Shown here in pieces: positions 1 to 9,900 of a stretch of DNA of 32,000 nucleotides (its first letter is position 1; each line of letters opens with the position of its first letter). Below the pieces are notes generated by a model. The model was not told where the DNA came from and did not search any database. It saw only the letters and a list, made by a program, of their open reading frames with translations. Source of the stretch: Acaryochloris marina S15. GTDB taxonomy: Bacteria; Cyanobacteriota; Cyanobacteriia; Thermosynechococcales; Thermosynechococcaceae. Position numbers and translations under genes: made by a program. The stretch covers positions 4,920,001 to 4,952,000 of the forward strand of contig NZ_CP064923.1 of the NCBI RefSeq assembly GCF_018336915.1, in the 5' to 3' direction.

Positions 1-47
1 TCCTCACTAATACCAGGCAACCCTCTATCCCCACTCATCAATAAGGA

Positions 48-74
48 AGAGATCAACCGTATAAGCTGATCTCT
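48..74 (-). terminator. Possible intrinsic terminator hairpin downstream of the GMC/DUF1080 gene
   Basis: Perfect 8-bp inverted repeat AGAGATCA (48-55) / TGATCTCT (67-74) with an 11-nt loop, about 30 nt past the stop at 106. On the minus strand it is followed by TCCTTATT, which is only weakly U-rich. Confidence 0.3.
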
Positions 75-105
75 GTTCTCAACGTTCAGGCAGAACGACT
101 AAGCT

Positions 106-2697
106 TTATAACGGTCGGATCCGAATATTCCGAAACTGCACCACTTCGGTATGGCACTGCAAACCAATAAAGCCATCCGATCGCTTTGTGCCATTGGTAT
201 TAGGTGCATTTGCTTGTCCCGGCGGCTGCAGCTCAGGAAACGTACCTTGACACACCAGCTGGTCGTTGAGTTTCACCTCAATCTGATTCCCTTCTAGCCT
301 AATTTCATAGCTATTCCAGAAATCCCGACCATTGCCATCACGAGAGCTAATCTGCTTCGCAGCCCATTGCTGTGCCGGGAAGACTTCATACACGGCTCCC
401 GTCCGATGAAACGGACTGCCATAGACGCTATTGGCAGGACTAAACTGTAAGCCCCGCTCATCAATTTGAACTTCTATCGATGAATTATAGAAGTTATCAC
501 TGTCAAGAATTAGTGGCCTCGGGATGCGGAGAAAAATACCGGAATTGGCAGTAATATCAAAGCTTCTCCACTCTAACTTGAAGACAAAGTCCCTAAAGCT
601 AGTGGGGGTATACCAAAGGACCCCAAGCACACTATTAAACCCAGGATTTTCAATACCAGCGCTCAGAATGGCTTGATCCCCATTGACATCGAAGAAGGGG
701 ATTTGGCCATCAAACTGCCCCCCTACATATTGCCAACCATCGGCAGCATAGTTGCCAGTATAGAGGGGCTGAAACCCAGCTTCATCGGTGCTGGGCATAG
801 CAGGCTGATACCGTTCCACAATCGAGCGGGCTACCTTACGGGCTAAGGCCAGACCGGTGGGTACGGGATTAGCGGATCCAGCCGTAGGGAATAGGGCTTG
901 ATCGGCGCAATAGGCGTTGTAGATATGGTGAAATCTGCCATTTACATCCGTGACTGAGTTGCGGAAGTCTCTACCCATCCAGAGGGAGCCGCACTCATGG
1001 TAGGTGGTGCCAATGCCATCTTCGTCACTGGTCTCCCGATCCGGATCGAAATACTGGATATTGCCATTGGCATCGGTATCATCCGCACTCGCAAGAGGTT
1101 GCCCCGCTAAGGTAGAAATAAACTTAAAGGCGGAGCCGGACTGATCTTCTCGCACTTTTTTGTCAGCGGGGGTTTCTACAAATCGAACAAAAGCTTTAGG
1201 AACCCGCAATTCTTGGCCATTTTCAAAGTAGAGATCATCCCCAGTTCCCCCAAAGGGATTGACGTTCATCCAGCTGGTGGGGGAATTGATATTGCCAACA
1301 GCAGCGGTTTTATCCCCGAACATTTCCCCGCAGGTACGAATGCCGATAACGATGCGATCGCTAATCGGTCCTGAAGTTTGTGCTTCCAATATCTTGTCCA
1401 GCTCCTCAAAGTTAGGCACCATCCGGTAAAGGAATTCTTCGGGATTATTGGCGGCTCCGGGAAAGGCCGGGGTATTCATATTAGGAGCTGCATAAAACTG
1501 GAAATGAAACTGTCCTTCGCCCGCAGGGGTATTCGTTTTGCCTCGAATATTAAGGGCAGCCGTTTGCAGTTCAGTCTTGAGCTGGTCGGGCACCCCTAGG
1601 AGGTCACGCTTCACTTTCCAGACAAAGTTGCCGCGCACATGGGCCATTAAGTTGCGGCCCATCAGTTCTCCATTGGGCGCTAAGGCCGCAGGTCGCGGAA
1701 AAGAATTGAGGGCGAGGCGAGTGGAGTTGATGGTATTCCCAGCCAAGACAACGGAGGCACTAGGCTGGAGCGGCAACCGGACCACTTGGGCCTGGGTGGT
1801 GTCCTTAGGATTATCAGCAAACTGATTTTTCAAGGCCACCACGATTTCCGTGACCACCCCATTTACCGTTTCGAGTTTCAAGACTTCGGCATTGGGAACC
1901 AGAAACAGGCGGCGGGCATTATTATTGGCATTGGTTTGGTCGTTATCTTGGCGAATATTATCCAACAGCAAAGGCAAGCTGCTGAACTTATCCAGACTAA
2001 AGAGCCCTGAACCTGGGGATTGCCCTAATACCGCAATTGGGGCATCTTCTACAGCGGTTAAGCGTTCGTTCTCTCCCAGAACGCTACTGGCCTTTTGCTT
2101 GATGATGTCGAACAGCTCGCCATTGATAAAATCGGCGGCGGGCACGGCTCCAATTTCGCGTTCTACAAATTCATACCCATCAGGCTGCCCGGTTTGGAGT
2201 AAGTAATCTCGCACATCATCCGGCCATTGGTTGAGGTCTGCCTCCGTCAGCCGCGGTGTCCACCCACCCCAAAACAGAGATTTCCCACCAACACACTTGT
2301 GGTGCTGGACAAACTGACCGCTATTGGCATAGTTGGGTTCCGTAAATTGCGCCCGATCTGACTCGACGATAGGCTCCAGGGTGACACCGAATAAGCCCCC
2401 AATCCGAGTCATATTTTGGAAATGTTCACTGATTAAGAAGGGCCCCGCCTCTAGGACTAAAATGCGAGGCTTCACCGCTGCCGTTTGGGTAAATTCAAAG
2501 ATTTTGGTGGCACAGTAGGCACCATACATGCCAGACCCAATCACCACGACATCAAAAGGTCCACCCATTTGAGCCGCTTGAATTTCGGACCAGGTATTGC
2601 AGACAAAGCGAGCAATCCCATCGATGGCAAAGGTGGTTCTCTGCAGATCGGGTAGGGGCAGTGGCTGACCGGTATCAGCCAGTTTATTTAACGGCAT
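106..2697 (-). CDS. FAD-dependent GMC-family oxidoreductase (pyranose-oxidase-like) fused to a C-terminal DUF1080 / 3-keto-disaccharide-hydrolase-like domain
   Basis: ORF 106..2760 trimmed to the ATG at 2697, which is preceded by AAGGAG (plus-strand 2707-2712, 9-nt spacer). N-terminal Rossmann motif DVVVIGSGMYGAY. GMC C-terminal signature TTYHECGSLWMG...NAYCADQALFPTAGSANPVPT. The last ~220 aa show the DUF1080 pattern (FVFKLEWR...NSGIFLR...EVQIDE...TGAVY...GFIGLQCHTEVVQFRNIRIRPL). Confidence 0.85.
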   Translation of the reverse strand: MPLNKLADTGQPLPLPDLQRTTFAIDGIARFVCNTWSEIQAAQMGGPFDVVVIGSGMYGAYCATKIFEFTQTAAVKPRILVLEAGPFLISEHFQNMTRIGGLFGVTLEPIVESDRAQFTEPNYANSGQFVQHHKCVGGKSLFWGGWTPRLTEADLNQWPDDVRDYLLQTGQPDGYEFVEREIGAVPAADFINGELFDIIKQKASSVLGENERLTAVEDAPIAVLGQSPGSGLFSLDKFSSLPLLLDNIRQDNDQTNANNNARRLFLVPNAEVLKLETVNGVVTEIVVALKNQFADNPKDTTQAQVVRLPLQPSASVVLAGNTINSTRLALNSFPRPAALAPNGELMGRNLMAHVRGNFVWKVKRDLLGVPDQLKTELQTAALNIRGKTNTPAGEGQFHFQFYAAPNMNTPAFPGAANNPEEFLYRMVPNFEELDKILEAQTSGPISDRIVIGIRTCGEMFGDKTAAVGNINSPTSWMNVNPFGGTGDDLYFENGQELRVPKAFVRFVETPADKKVREDQSGSAFKFISTLAGQPLASADDTDANGNIQYFDPDRETSDEDGIGTTYHECGSLWMGRDFRNSVTDVNGRFHHIYNAYCADQALFPTAGSANPVPTGLALARKVARSIVERYQPAMPSTDEAGFQPLYTGNYAADGWQYVGGQFDGQIPFFDVNGDQAILSAGIENPGFNSVLGVLWYTPTSFRDFVFKLEWRSFDITANSGIFLRIPRPLILDSDNFYNSSIEVQIDERGLQFSPANSVYGSPFHRTGAVYEVFPAQQWAAKQISSRDGNGRDFWNSYEIRLEGNQIEVKLNDQLVCQGTFPELQPPGQANAPNTNGTKRSDGFIGLQCHTEVVQFRNIRIRPL

Positions 2698-3009
2698 GAA
2701 CAAATGCTCCTTGCGGTAAGAATGGGCATGAGAAATCTCTCCTAGGACAAGAACGACCAAGGTTGAAGTCCATAGATATGGCTTCCCCGACCAAAGAATA
2801 GGGGAAGGCCCTCGTTGAAACGGAGGGGAAACAATTTACTCTACTGAAAGACTAAATTCAGGAAATTTCGACTGCTATGGTCTTATCAGCGCTACAGGGC
2901 AGGATTATGCAGCCCTTGCTTAAGAAGGATTTAAGATGCTCTATACTGCAACATTCAATAACTTGCAACGGTTGCTTGAAGAGAAGGCTGGCTCATAGAT
3001 GACCGCAAA

Positions 3010-3282
3010 CTAATCATCTCGTGAGTAGATAGCAACGCCATATACGGCAAAGCTACCGTATACAAAGGCAGGCATAATGAAAATCGTCCACCATTTACCC
3101 AACAGCCACCATTCATTAATGGGAGTATGGGGTTCAATATTACTCGCAATTAAAAGGCCTAACGCCGTCGCACAACCACCGATCACATGAATATACAGGG
3201 GACATTTAAATCCTGACTGCTGCCAAAGAAACAGCGCACAGGACAGAATGATTACAAGGGTGCCAACTTCAATGGGAGTCAC
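3010..3282 (-). CDS. Small hydrophobic (about 3 TM) hypothetical protein
   Basis: 90-aa ORF with three hydrophobic segments. It has a GTG start and no clear Shine-Dalgarno sequence, so it may not be a real gene. Confidence 0.4.
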   Translation of the reverse strand: MTPIEVGTLVIILSCALFLWQQSGFKCPLYIHVIGGCATALGLLIASNIEPHTPINEWWLLGKWWTIFIMPAFVYGSFAVYGVAIYSRDD

Positions 3283-3504
3283 GATCGTCTTTGTATGCTT
3301 CGTCTTTAGGTTTCCCGGATGGGGGAACGACTTAGCATGGTCAATTTTCAGGAACAGTCCTCGGTATCGCTCTACGTTAAAAACGTTGTAGCGATCAAAA
3401 AAATAGACTGATGCTTGAGCAGGCCAACCTGGAGAGGAAGGCGATCACTCGCATCAGTCCGGTGTGAGGTTTAGTGTGTTGGAAAGGGTTTCAGTAGATG
3501 TCGC

Positions 3505-4239
3505 TTAGTCGATTTTGAGATCTTTTTTTAACCGCAAATCCAAATCGCGATCGGGATAGATAACGACGAGGTTGCGATCTCTGGTATCAATATCGTCATT
3601 GCGTCTATCGAAGTCATCATCTCGGCGGCGGCGATCGCCCAAAATAGTGGATAAGACATCTCGGACCCCATCAGAGGTTTTGGTGCGGCGAGAGGCAACC
3701 CGGCGGTTGGGATAAATCACCTCAGAGAAAGCATCTAGATTGTAACGACGGCCATTGGGTAACACGATCCGCTTGGCGTCATACTGAATGCCACCATCGC
3801 GAGAACGCAGACGGCCTTCAATGCGGCTATTACGCGGGATAATCACCCGGCCCGTATCGTCTGCCCGAATATCGTCATCGATATAGAGGGTGAGATCTCG
3901 ACTATCGTCTTTGCGTATCACGATGCGATCGCGATTCTTCGCCGAGGTCTGTATCGTTTGACCTTCATACAACCGACCTTTGTTAAACCGTTGAGAATCT
4001 TGTCGTTGGTCCCGCCGATCGTCAAAGCGGTCGTCATCATCGACCCGGTCATCATCCACTTTACAGAAATAGCCACTGCGCTGGCGTTTGCACTCATAGC
4101 CCCACCGTTCTGCGGCTTCTGGGAAGGAGCGCGGTCGCCGACCGGAAAACTGGGCGTGGGCCGAATCGATGCCCAGTCCTGAGCCCAGCAAGACCACAGA
4201 AGCCAGGGTTGTAGGTAAAAGTCTGATTTTAGATTTCAT
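3505..4239 (-). CDS. Secreted Asp/Arg-rich hypothetical protein
   Basis: ORF trimmed to the ATG at 4239 (MKSKIRLL...). Signal-peptide-like N-terminus ending AHAQ. Contains charged low-complexity runs (DDDRVDDDDRFDDRRDQRQD). Confidence 0.6.
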   Translation of the reverse strand: MKSKIRLLPTTLASVVLLGSGLGIDSAHAQFSGRRPRSFPEAAERWGYECKRQRSGYFCKVDDDRVDDDDRFDDRRDQRQDSQRFNKGRLYEGQTIQTSAKNRDRIVIRKDDSRDLTLYIDDDIRADDTGRVIIPRNSRIEGRLRSRDGGIQYDAKRIVLPNGRRYNLDAFSEVIYPNRRVASRRTKTSDGVRDVLSTILGDRRRRDDDFDRRNDDIDTRDRNLVVIYPDRDLDLRLKKDLKID

Positions 4240-4350
4240 AAGTATCACTGCCTTACAAGGAGTTCAGAGAGATTCAACAACCGATCGGTACATCTTCTGA
4301 CGCCCCAAAAATCTAAATAGTTTCTGGCGAGTAAGTGATTTGCCTTCTGC

Positions 4351-5739
4351 TCAGGGCGATACGGCGGTATCAGCCGCAGTGGTTTGGCGATAATAGCTGG
4401 CGACGATGGCCACCGTTAACCACCACAGAGTATTGATTTCAGGGCGATACCAAACCGTATCCACAAACCCATGAATAAGCATGCCAAGGATGGATGCAAT
4501 AGCACCCACTAACCACCAAACATCCTGGCTCTTGAGCTGACGCAGCTTGTGAAACTGCACCCAGGCTTGCTGAAAAATCAGGGCAAGCAGCCACATCAAG
4601 CTGGCGAACCCAACAACCCCAGTCTCCACCAAGGTTTCTAAATAAATCGAGTAGGCACTTAGAGCCGTGTAATTAGGTCTTTGAAATAGAGGATAAATCT
4701 TGTTAAAGGCTACGTTACCAGGTCCAATTCCCAAGATCGGACGTCTCTGGATCATGTCCTGCACCCCGGCCCACACATTGAGTCGAAAGCTATTGCTGCT
4801 ATCGTCATGGCCTGAAAAGACACTCAACGCTCGGTTGCGGAGGGGAGCCACAAATAAAATCCCCAAAGCGACCGCGCCGACAATCGTGCCGATGGTGAGG
4901 GGAAACGCCCAAATCTGCCAAAACCGGGGTAAGCGAGGCAATAACAAATACAGCGTCATCATGGCCATCACAAAAATAGCCAGGACTAAGCCAATCCAAG
5001 CCCCTCGGCAGCCCGTCCAGTACATACAGGCACAGTGAACCAGCAGCATTGTCCCGGCCAGGAGTTTAGCGCCCCAACGCTGCCAAACCACCAGGGCACA
5101 GATGCTAAAGAGGATGGCGGGTAAAATATAGGCTGCCAGCAAGTTGGGATTGCCCAAGTAACTATAGACTCTCACCTCATCGGCGGTAGTGGAGTTGGGA
5201 TCAACCCAAGTGGCTAGGGCTTCTGCCCCAAAGAATTTTTGCCGCACCCCATAAATAGACACAACGATCGCCGTATGCAGATAGACGGCGATCAGCCAGG
5301 AGCGTAATCGAGGCGACCTCACTACCCGCTCCGCCAGAACAAAAACAAACACATACAGAGTCATTTTCACCAGCCCAGAGGCTGCTGCCATCTTCACCGG
5401 CGACAGGGCCGTAGCAATGATCGTCACTCCCCAGAACAAAAACACCAGTAGATAAATCGGGGAAAATCGATGCGGTCTTAGGTCATCCGACAGGGTTAGC
5501 AACAGCCAAAAACCGCCACAAGCCATCGCTAATAATCCCGTCAGACTATTAGGGACAAAGGGAGCCAGGGCAAAAACCGCCGTTAGCAAGACTGCACCAA
5601 TTTCCTGATGCCATTGCAACAACCAGCTGCCCTGCCGCCATTGGCGGAGGAAGGCGAGCAGTCGCCAGAACAGACTGCCTTGCCGCCACTGCAGAGATTG
5701 GATATTGTTCAAGGTCAATGTCTGCCAAATGGTATTCAT
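4351..5739 (-). CDS. ictB: IctB-family membrane protein (O-antigen-ligase-like; putative inorganic-carbon transport related)
   Basis: 462 aa and polytopic. End-to-end resemblance to my recollection of Synechococcus IctB (MxxWQTLT..., VYSYLGNPNLLAAY, HDDSSNSFRLNVW, ILGIGPGNxAFNxIYPL, FVDTVWYRPExxTLWW). Confidence 0.8.
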   Translation of the reverse strand: MNTIWQTLTLNNIQSLQWRQGSLFWRLLAFLRQWRQGSWLLQWHQEIGAVLLTAVFALAPFVPNSLTGLLAMACGGFWLLLTLSDDLRPHRFSPIYLLVFLFWGVTIIATALSPVKMAAASGLVKMTLYVFVFVLAERVVRSPRLRSWLIAVYLHTAIVVSIYGVRQKFFGAEALATWVDPNSTTADEVRVYSYLGNPNLLAAYILPAILFSICALVVWQRWGAKLLAGTMLLVHCACMYWTGCRGAWIGLVLAIFVMAMMTLYLLLPRLPRFWQIWAFPLTIGTIVGAVALGILFVAPLRNRALSVFSGHDDSSNSFRLNVWAGVQDMIQRRPILGIGPGNVAFNKIYPLFQRPNYTALSAYSIYLETLVETGVVGFASLMWLLALIFQQAWVQFHKLRQLKSQDVWWLVGAIASILGMLIHGFVDTVWYRPEINTLWWLTVAIVASYYRQTTAADTAVSP

Positions 5740-5744
5740 AAGAG

Positions 5745-6428
5745 TTACTGTGTCAGACCGTTCTCCAAGGCAAAGCGTACCAGTTCTGTCCGACTATTGG
5801 TGCCTGTTTTACTAAAAAGTCGGCTCACATATTTCTCGACATTGCGGACGCTAGTTTCTAAGCGGCGGGCAATCTCTTTGTTCATCAGCCCTACGGCAAC
5901 CAGATCTAAGACACTCTGTTCGCGAGGGGTAAAGTCAATTTTGATCGTGGGGGTATTTTGGGTAGGCAAAGGGGCACGGTTCATTAGAATGGCCCGAATT
6001 TCAGCTACCTGATTGGCTAAATCGGCAATATCGGTAGTCGCATTGGCGTCTTTGGCTTCTTTGCGGGTCAGCAGATTGGTGACAATGGCAACGAGTTCGT
6101 CCGGGTCAAAGGGCTTGGAGAGATAGGCATCCACCCCGGCGTTATAGCCTTCAATCCGGTCCTTGGTCATGCCTCGGGCCGTTAAAAACACGATAGGCAA
6201 TCGCATAAACCGCGCATCTTCCCGCAGTTGGGCCAGAAATTGATAGCCATCGACTTCAGGCATCATAATGTCAGAAATCACCAGGTCGGGAATTCGCTGC
6301 TGCAGCAAGTCCCATCCGGCTTTGGCATTACTGGCAACATCAACGGTAAAGCCGCTGTCTTCGAGGTAGGCTTGCACGGCTTCTCGCAATCCTGGCTCAT
6401 CGTCTACCAATAATAAATGCCCGGTCAT
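5745..6428 (-). CDS. Two-component response regulator, REC + LuxR/NarL-type HTH
   Basis: REC motifs LLVDDEP, DLVISDIMMP and KPF. C-terminal LTPREQSVLDLVAVGLMNKEIARRLETSVRNVEKYVSRLFSK. The stop is 5 nt upstream of the ictB ATG, so the two are probably one operon. Confidence 0.9.
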   Translation of the reverse strand: MTGHLLLVDDEPGLREAVQAYLEDSGFTVDVASNAKAGWDLLQQRIPDLVISDIMMPEVDGYQFLAQLREDARFMRLPIVFLTARGMTKDRIEGYNAGVDAYLSKPFDPDELVAIVTNLLTRKEAKDANATTDIADLANQVAEIRAILMNRAPLPTQNTPTIKIDFTPREQSVLDLVAVGLMNKEIARRLETSVRNVEKYVSRLFSKTGTNSRTELVRFALENGLTQ

Positions 6429-6518
6429 AGAATTTCCGTCAATGAGTACTACTAGCTTCAGTTTACCGCCCGAATCTGTCAGTATGAGGGATGAATTGCC
6501 GAATGAGGGATTGAGCCG

Positions 6519-6923
6519 ATGCGGTTAGAGTTTGTGCCAGTGGAAGAGTTTTACTTTGCGATTACGCTCTGTGTGCGGGTGCTGACGGAGATTGAGAATC
6601 CTGAATTGGTGGCTCAAATGCAGGAGAAGTTGGCGACCACGTTGGGACAGTCTTCGACGGTGGCATCGGCTCAGCAGAACAGTTTTAATTATGTATTCAG
6701 GGTGTATGAGGTGGATTGTACCCCGGCGGAGGAGTTGATTGTTTCAATTTCGGATTGGGGAGAGGCACTGCGGTTGAATAGTGATTTTGGCTGGATGTTG
6801 GATGAGAATCGCAAGCCTAAGCGGACGGAGAAGTTTGGCCAGCGGGATGAGTTTTTGCAGCAGTTGAAGGCTAAGTTGCAAGAGGAGTTTCAGGTCATAT
6901 TAAATGAGCCGACTCCAACCTAG
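6519..6923 (+). CDS. Hypothetical protein (134 aa), probably co-transcribed with the Roco gene
   Basis: ATG preceded by GAGGGA. The stop lies 13 nt before the Roco ATG. No motif recognised. Confidence 0.55.
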   Translation: MRLEFVPVEEFYFAITLCVRVLTEIENPELVAQMQEKLATTLGQSSTVASAQQNSFNYVFRVYEVDCTPAEELIVSISDWGEALRLNSDFGWMLDENRKPKRTEKFGQRDEFLQQLKAKLQEEFQVILNEPTPT

Positions 6924-6936
6924 AACAGAGTAAGTT

Positions 6937-9900
6937 ATGGAGCCTTTTTGCATGGACTCGGTAACACTGATGTGCCAAATTGAGCAAGCTAAGCAAACTG
7001 GTGAGCTATACCTCAACAATAAGCAACTGACGCATGTGCCGCCAGAATTGACACAACTCAAAAACTTAACTCTCCTATCTCTCAGCGATAACAATCTGAC
7101 GAGTGTGCCACCAGAATTGGCACAACTTAAAAACTTGACAGCGCTAGATCTAAGTAAGAATCAACTGACGCATTTTCCACCAGAATTAGAACAACTCAAA
7201 AACTTAACTCTGCTGTACTTGAGCGATAACCAGCTTACAAGTTTGCCTGCAGAATTGGCACAACTACAAAACCTAAAGGAGCTAGACCTCCGCTCTAACA
7301 ATCTGGCGAGTGTGCCACCAGAATTGGCACAACTACAAAACTTGAAGGAGCTATACCTCAGTGCTAACCAGCTCACAAGTTTGCCTGCAGAATTGGCACA
7401 ACTACAAAACTTGAAGGAGCTATACCTCAGTGCTAACCAGCTCACAAGTCTGCCCGCAGAAGTGGCTCAGCTACAAAATTTAACTCTCCTATCCCTCAGT
7501 TCTAACAAGCTCACAAGTTTGCCTGCAGAATTGGCACAACTCAAAAACTTAACAGCGCTATCCCTACGCGACAACAAGCTCACAAGTGTGCCTGCAGAAT
7601 TGGCACAACTCAAAAACTTAAAAGAGCTTTACCTCCGTTCTAACCAGCTCACAAGTCTGCCCGCAGAATTGGCTCAGCTAACCAACTTGACTTTGCTATC
7701 CCTCAGCAACAACCAATTAATGCGTGTGCCCTCAGAATTAGCACAACTCAAAAACTTAGAAGAGTTACATCTCAGCGGCAACCATCTACTAGATATTCCT
7801 CTGGAATTAGCACAACTGACAAACTTGACGTGGTTATATCTCCGTTCCAACCAACTGACAAGTGTGCCTCCGGAATTAGCACAACTCAAAAACTTGAAGG
7901 AACTAGACCTCCGTGATAACCAACTATCAAATATCTCGCCAGAGATTTTGGCTCAAGGACCTGCAGCTATTTTGGGGCATTTGCGAGCACAACTCAAAGC
8001 AGGCCAACCTCAATGGATCTCTAAGCTACTCGTTGTCGGAGAGGGTGGGGTAGGCAAAACATCTCTCATACGAGCGTTACGCAACGAACTCTTTGATGTA
8101 GCTGAGTCCACAACCCACGGTATTGATATCCAAACTTTGGAACTCCAACATTGCCAAAAACCTGGAGTCACAATGCAACTCAATAGCTGGGATTTTGGCG
8201 GTCAGGAGATTTACCATGCGACCCACCAATTTTTTCTCACCAATCGCTCTTTATTTGTTGTGGTGTGGAATGCTCGTTTGGGTTTTGAACAAGGCAAGCT
8301 TAGCTACTGGCTCAAAACAATTCGAGCCAATGCTCCCGAATCCCCTATCTTGATTGTTGCCTCCCATATCGACGAGCGGTTTGCTGACCTACCTTTTAGT
8401 GAATTCAAACAACAGTTTCCACAAATCGTTGGTCAATATACCATCAGCAATAAAGATGGACAAGGCATTCCAGAACTTCGCCAGGCTATCACCAATGCAG
8501 CAGCAGACCTCCCTCTAATGGGTGAAATCTGGCCTGAAAATTGGCTGCAAGCTGCTACTGTAATTCGCAATTTACCGAAGGATCAAAAATGTATCTCTCC
8601 CCATCAGCTTTGGCAACGAATGACTGAGAAACATGTCACGCAAGAGCATCACGCCATACTGGCCCAATGGCTGCATGAGTTAGGTGACATCCTTTTCTTT
8701 GTAGATAGCGAAGACCTCAATGACTTAGTGATCCTCAAGCCCCAATGGGTAACTGAGTACATCAGCAAGGTCTTAGAAGCAGAGGGTGTCATTAACAATC
8801 AAGGTATCTTTACCCGCCAGTGCATGGATCAAATTTGGTCCGATCTAGAGTTGTCTTTGCACATCCATTTTCTCCGCCTCATGGAGCGGTTTGATCTGTC
8901 TTATCGCACCCTTGAAAATAAAGACATTAGCTTAGTTGTAGAGCGCCTTGCCTTTGAGCCTTCTGCCTACCAAGAACTATGGGAAAAACCCACCCAAACA
9001 GAACCCTGCAAGCAACTCTCCATGAAGTTTCAACTCAGTGAGATCTTGCCCGGTATTCCCACTTGGTTTATTGCCCGTCAGCATCGCTTCACAACCGGGA
9101 ACCACTGGCGCACAGGTGTTCTACTAGCTGATAGCCCGGCACACAAGCACTTGGGCTTAGTCAAAATTGGCCGCGATCCTTCTACCAACGTGGAATTTTT
9201 AGAGCTAACGGTGCGTGGTCCCATGCCCCACAATTTCTTTGACCTCCTCAAAGAAGGTATAGAAGTCACCCTTAACCGCTATCCTGGCCTCAAAGTAACC
9301 CGATTGATTCCCTGCCCAGATCCTAACCAAGAACCTTGCTTCCACGAGTTTGACTATGCCAACCTGATTAAGCGCCTTGAGCGCAAGCAGCCCAAAAATC
9401 ATATTGAATGCCCCAACTGCCTAGAAAATATCTACGTCCCCCAACTGCTCTTTGGTCTCCACCCCACCACCGAAGCCGCAGTCTTCCGGAAAATTGACGA
9501 ACTCAACCAAACCACTCAAGCAGGTTTTTCCGACATGCAATCGGGCTTTTCCGAATTGCGCGAACTCCTCCAGCGCGAATTCCTCCGCCAATTTCGCCGC
9601 GACCAACAATTCCCCGAATCCCAATGCCCTAACGTCTTCGCTTTACGTCCTGATGATCGGGGTATGTGGACCAAAGATCTTGATCAAACCCGCATCAACC
9701 TCCAGCTCTACTGCCAAGCTCCTGGTCAGTGGCATCCCACCAATACTCCCGAACAACCCAAAAACGGTCTATACACCATTGATGTTCCTAAAAAGTGGTT
9801 ACAAGCAATGGCCCCCCATATGCGACGGCTAGTGAAAGTCTTTAAATATGCGTCTCCCTTAGTCAGTCCCGTCCTAGGGAAAACCCTTCCCGATATTGCC

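Noticed and set aside
2698-2760. N-terminal extensions given in the ORF track, here for the GMC gene and likewise 21553..21630 for the flavoprotein gene
   Set aside because: The extensions begin at non-ATG codons. For the GMC gene the internal ATG has a strong AAGGAG Shine-Dalgarno sequence. For the flavoprotein the extension would run through the candidate NtcA promoter and add a non-homologous leader before the GGGQAG FAD motif.
2780-2810. GGCTTCCCC / GGGGAAGGCC hairpin between the small membrane ORF and the GMC gene
   Set aside because: The stem has a bulge and no U-tract follows on either strand. I could not distinguish a terminator from chance GC-rich complementarity.
3366-3395. Hairpin ATCGCT..ACGTT-AAAA-AACGT..AGCGAT followed by an A7 run, downstream of the Asp/Arg-rich protein gene
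   Set aside because: On the minus strand, the transcribed one, the T-run precedes rather than follows the stem. The stem also has an internal loop. This is not a canonical intrinsic terminator.
7161-7889. Antisense ORFs within the Roco LRR array (7161..7445, 7674..7889) with a repeating CANSGG motif
   Set aside because: Their periodicity simply mirrors the 69-bp LRR repeats on the opposite strand. They have no start context or independent motif.
7006-7971. Regular 69-bp repeats that could superficially suggest a CRISPR array (the 327-bp repeats at 13480-15820 raise the same question)
   Set aside because: The repeats are contiguous with no unique spacers, are in-frame within long ORFs and encode recognisable LRR and RTX motifs. 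No cas genes are present.
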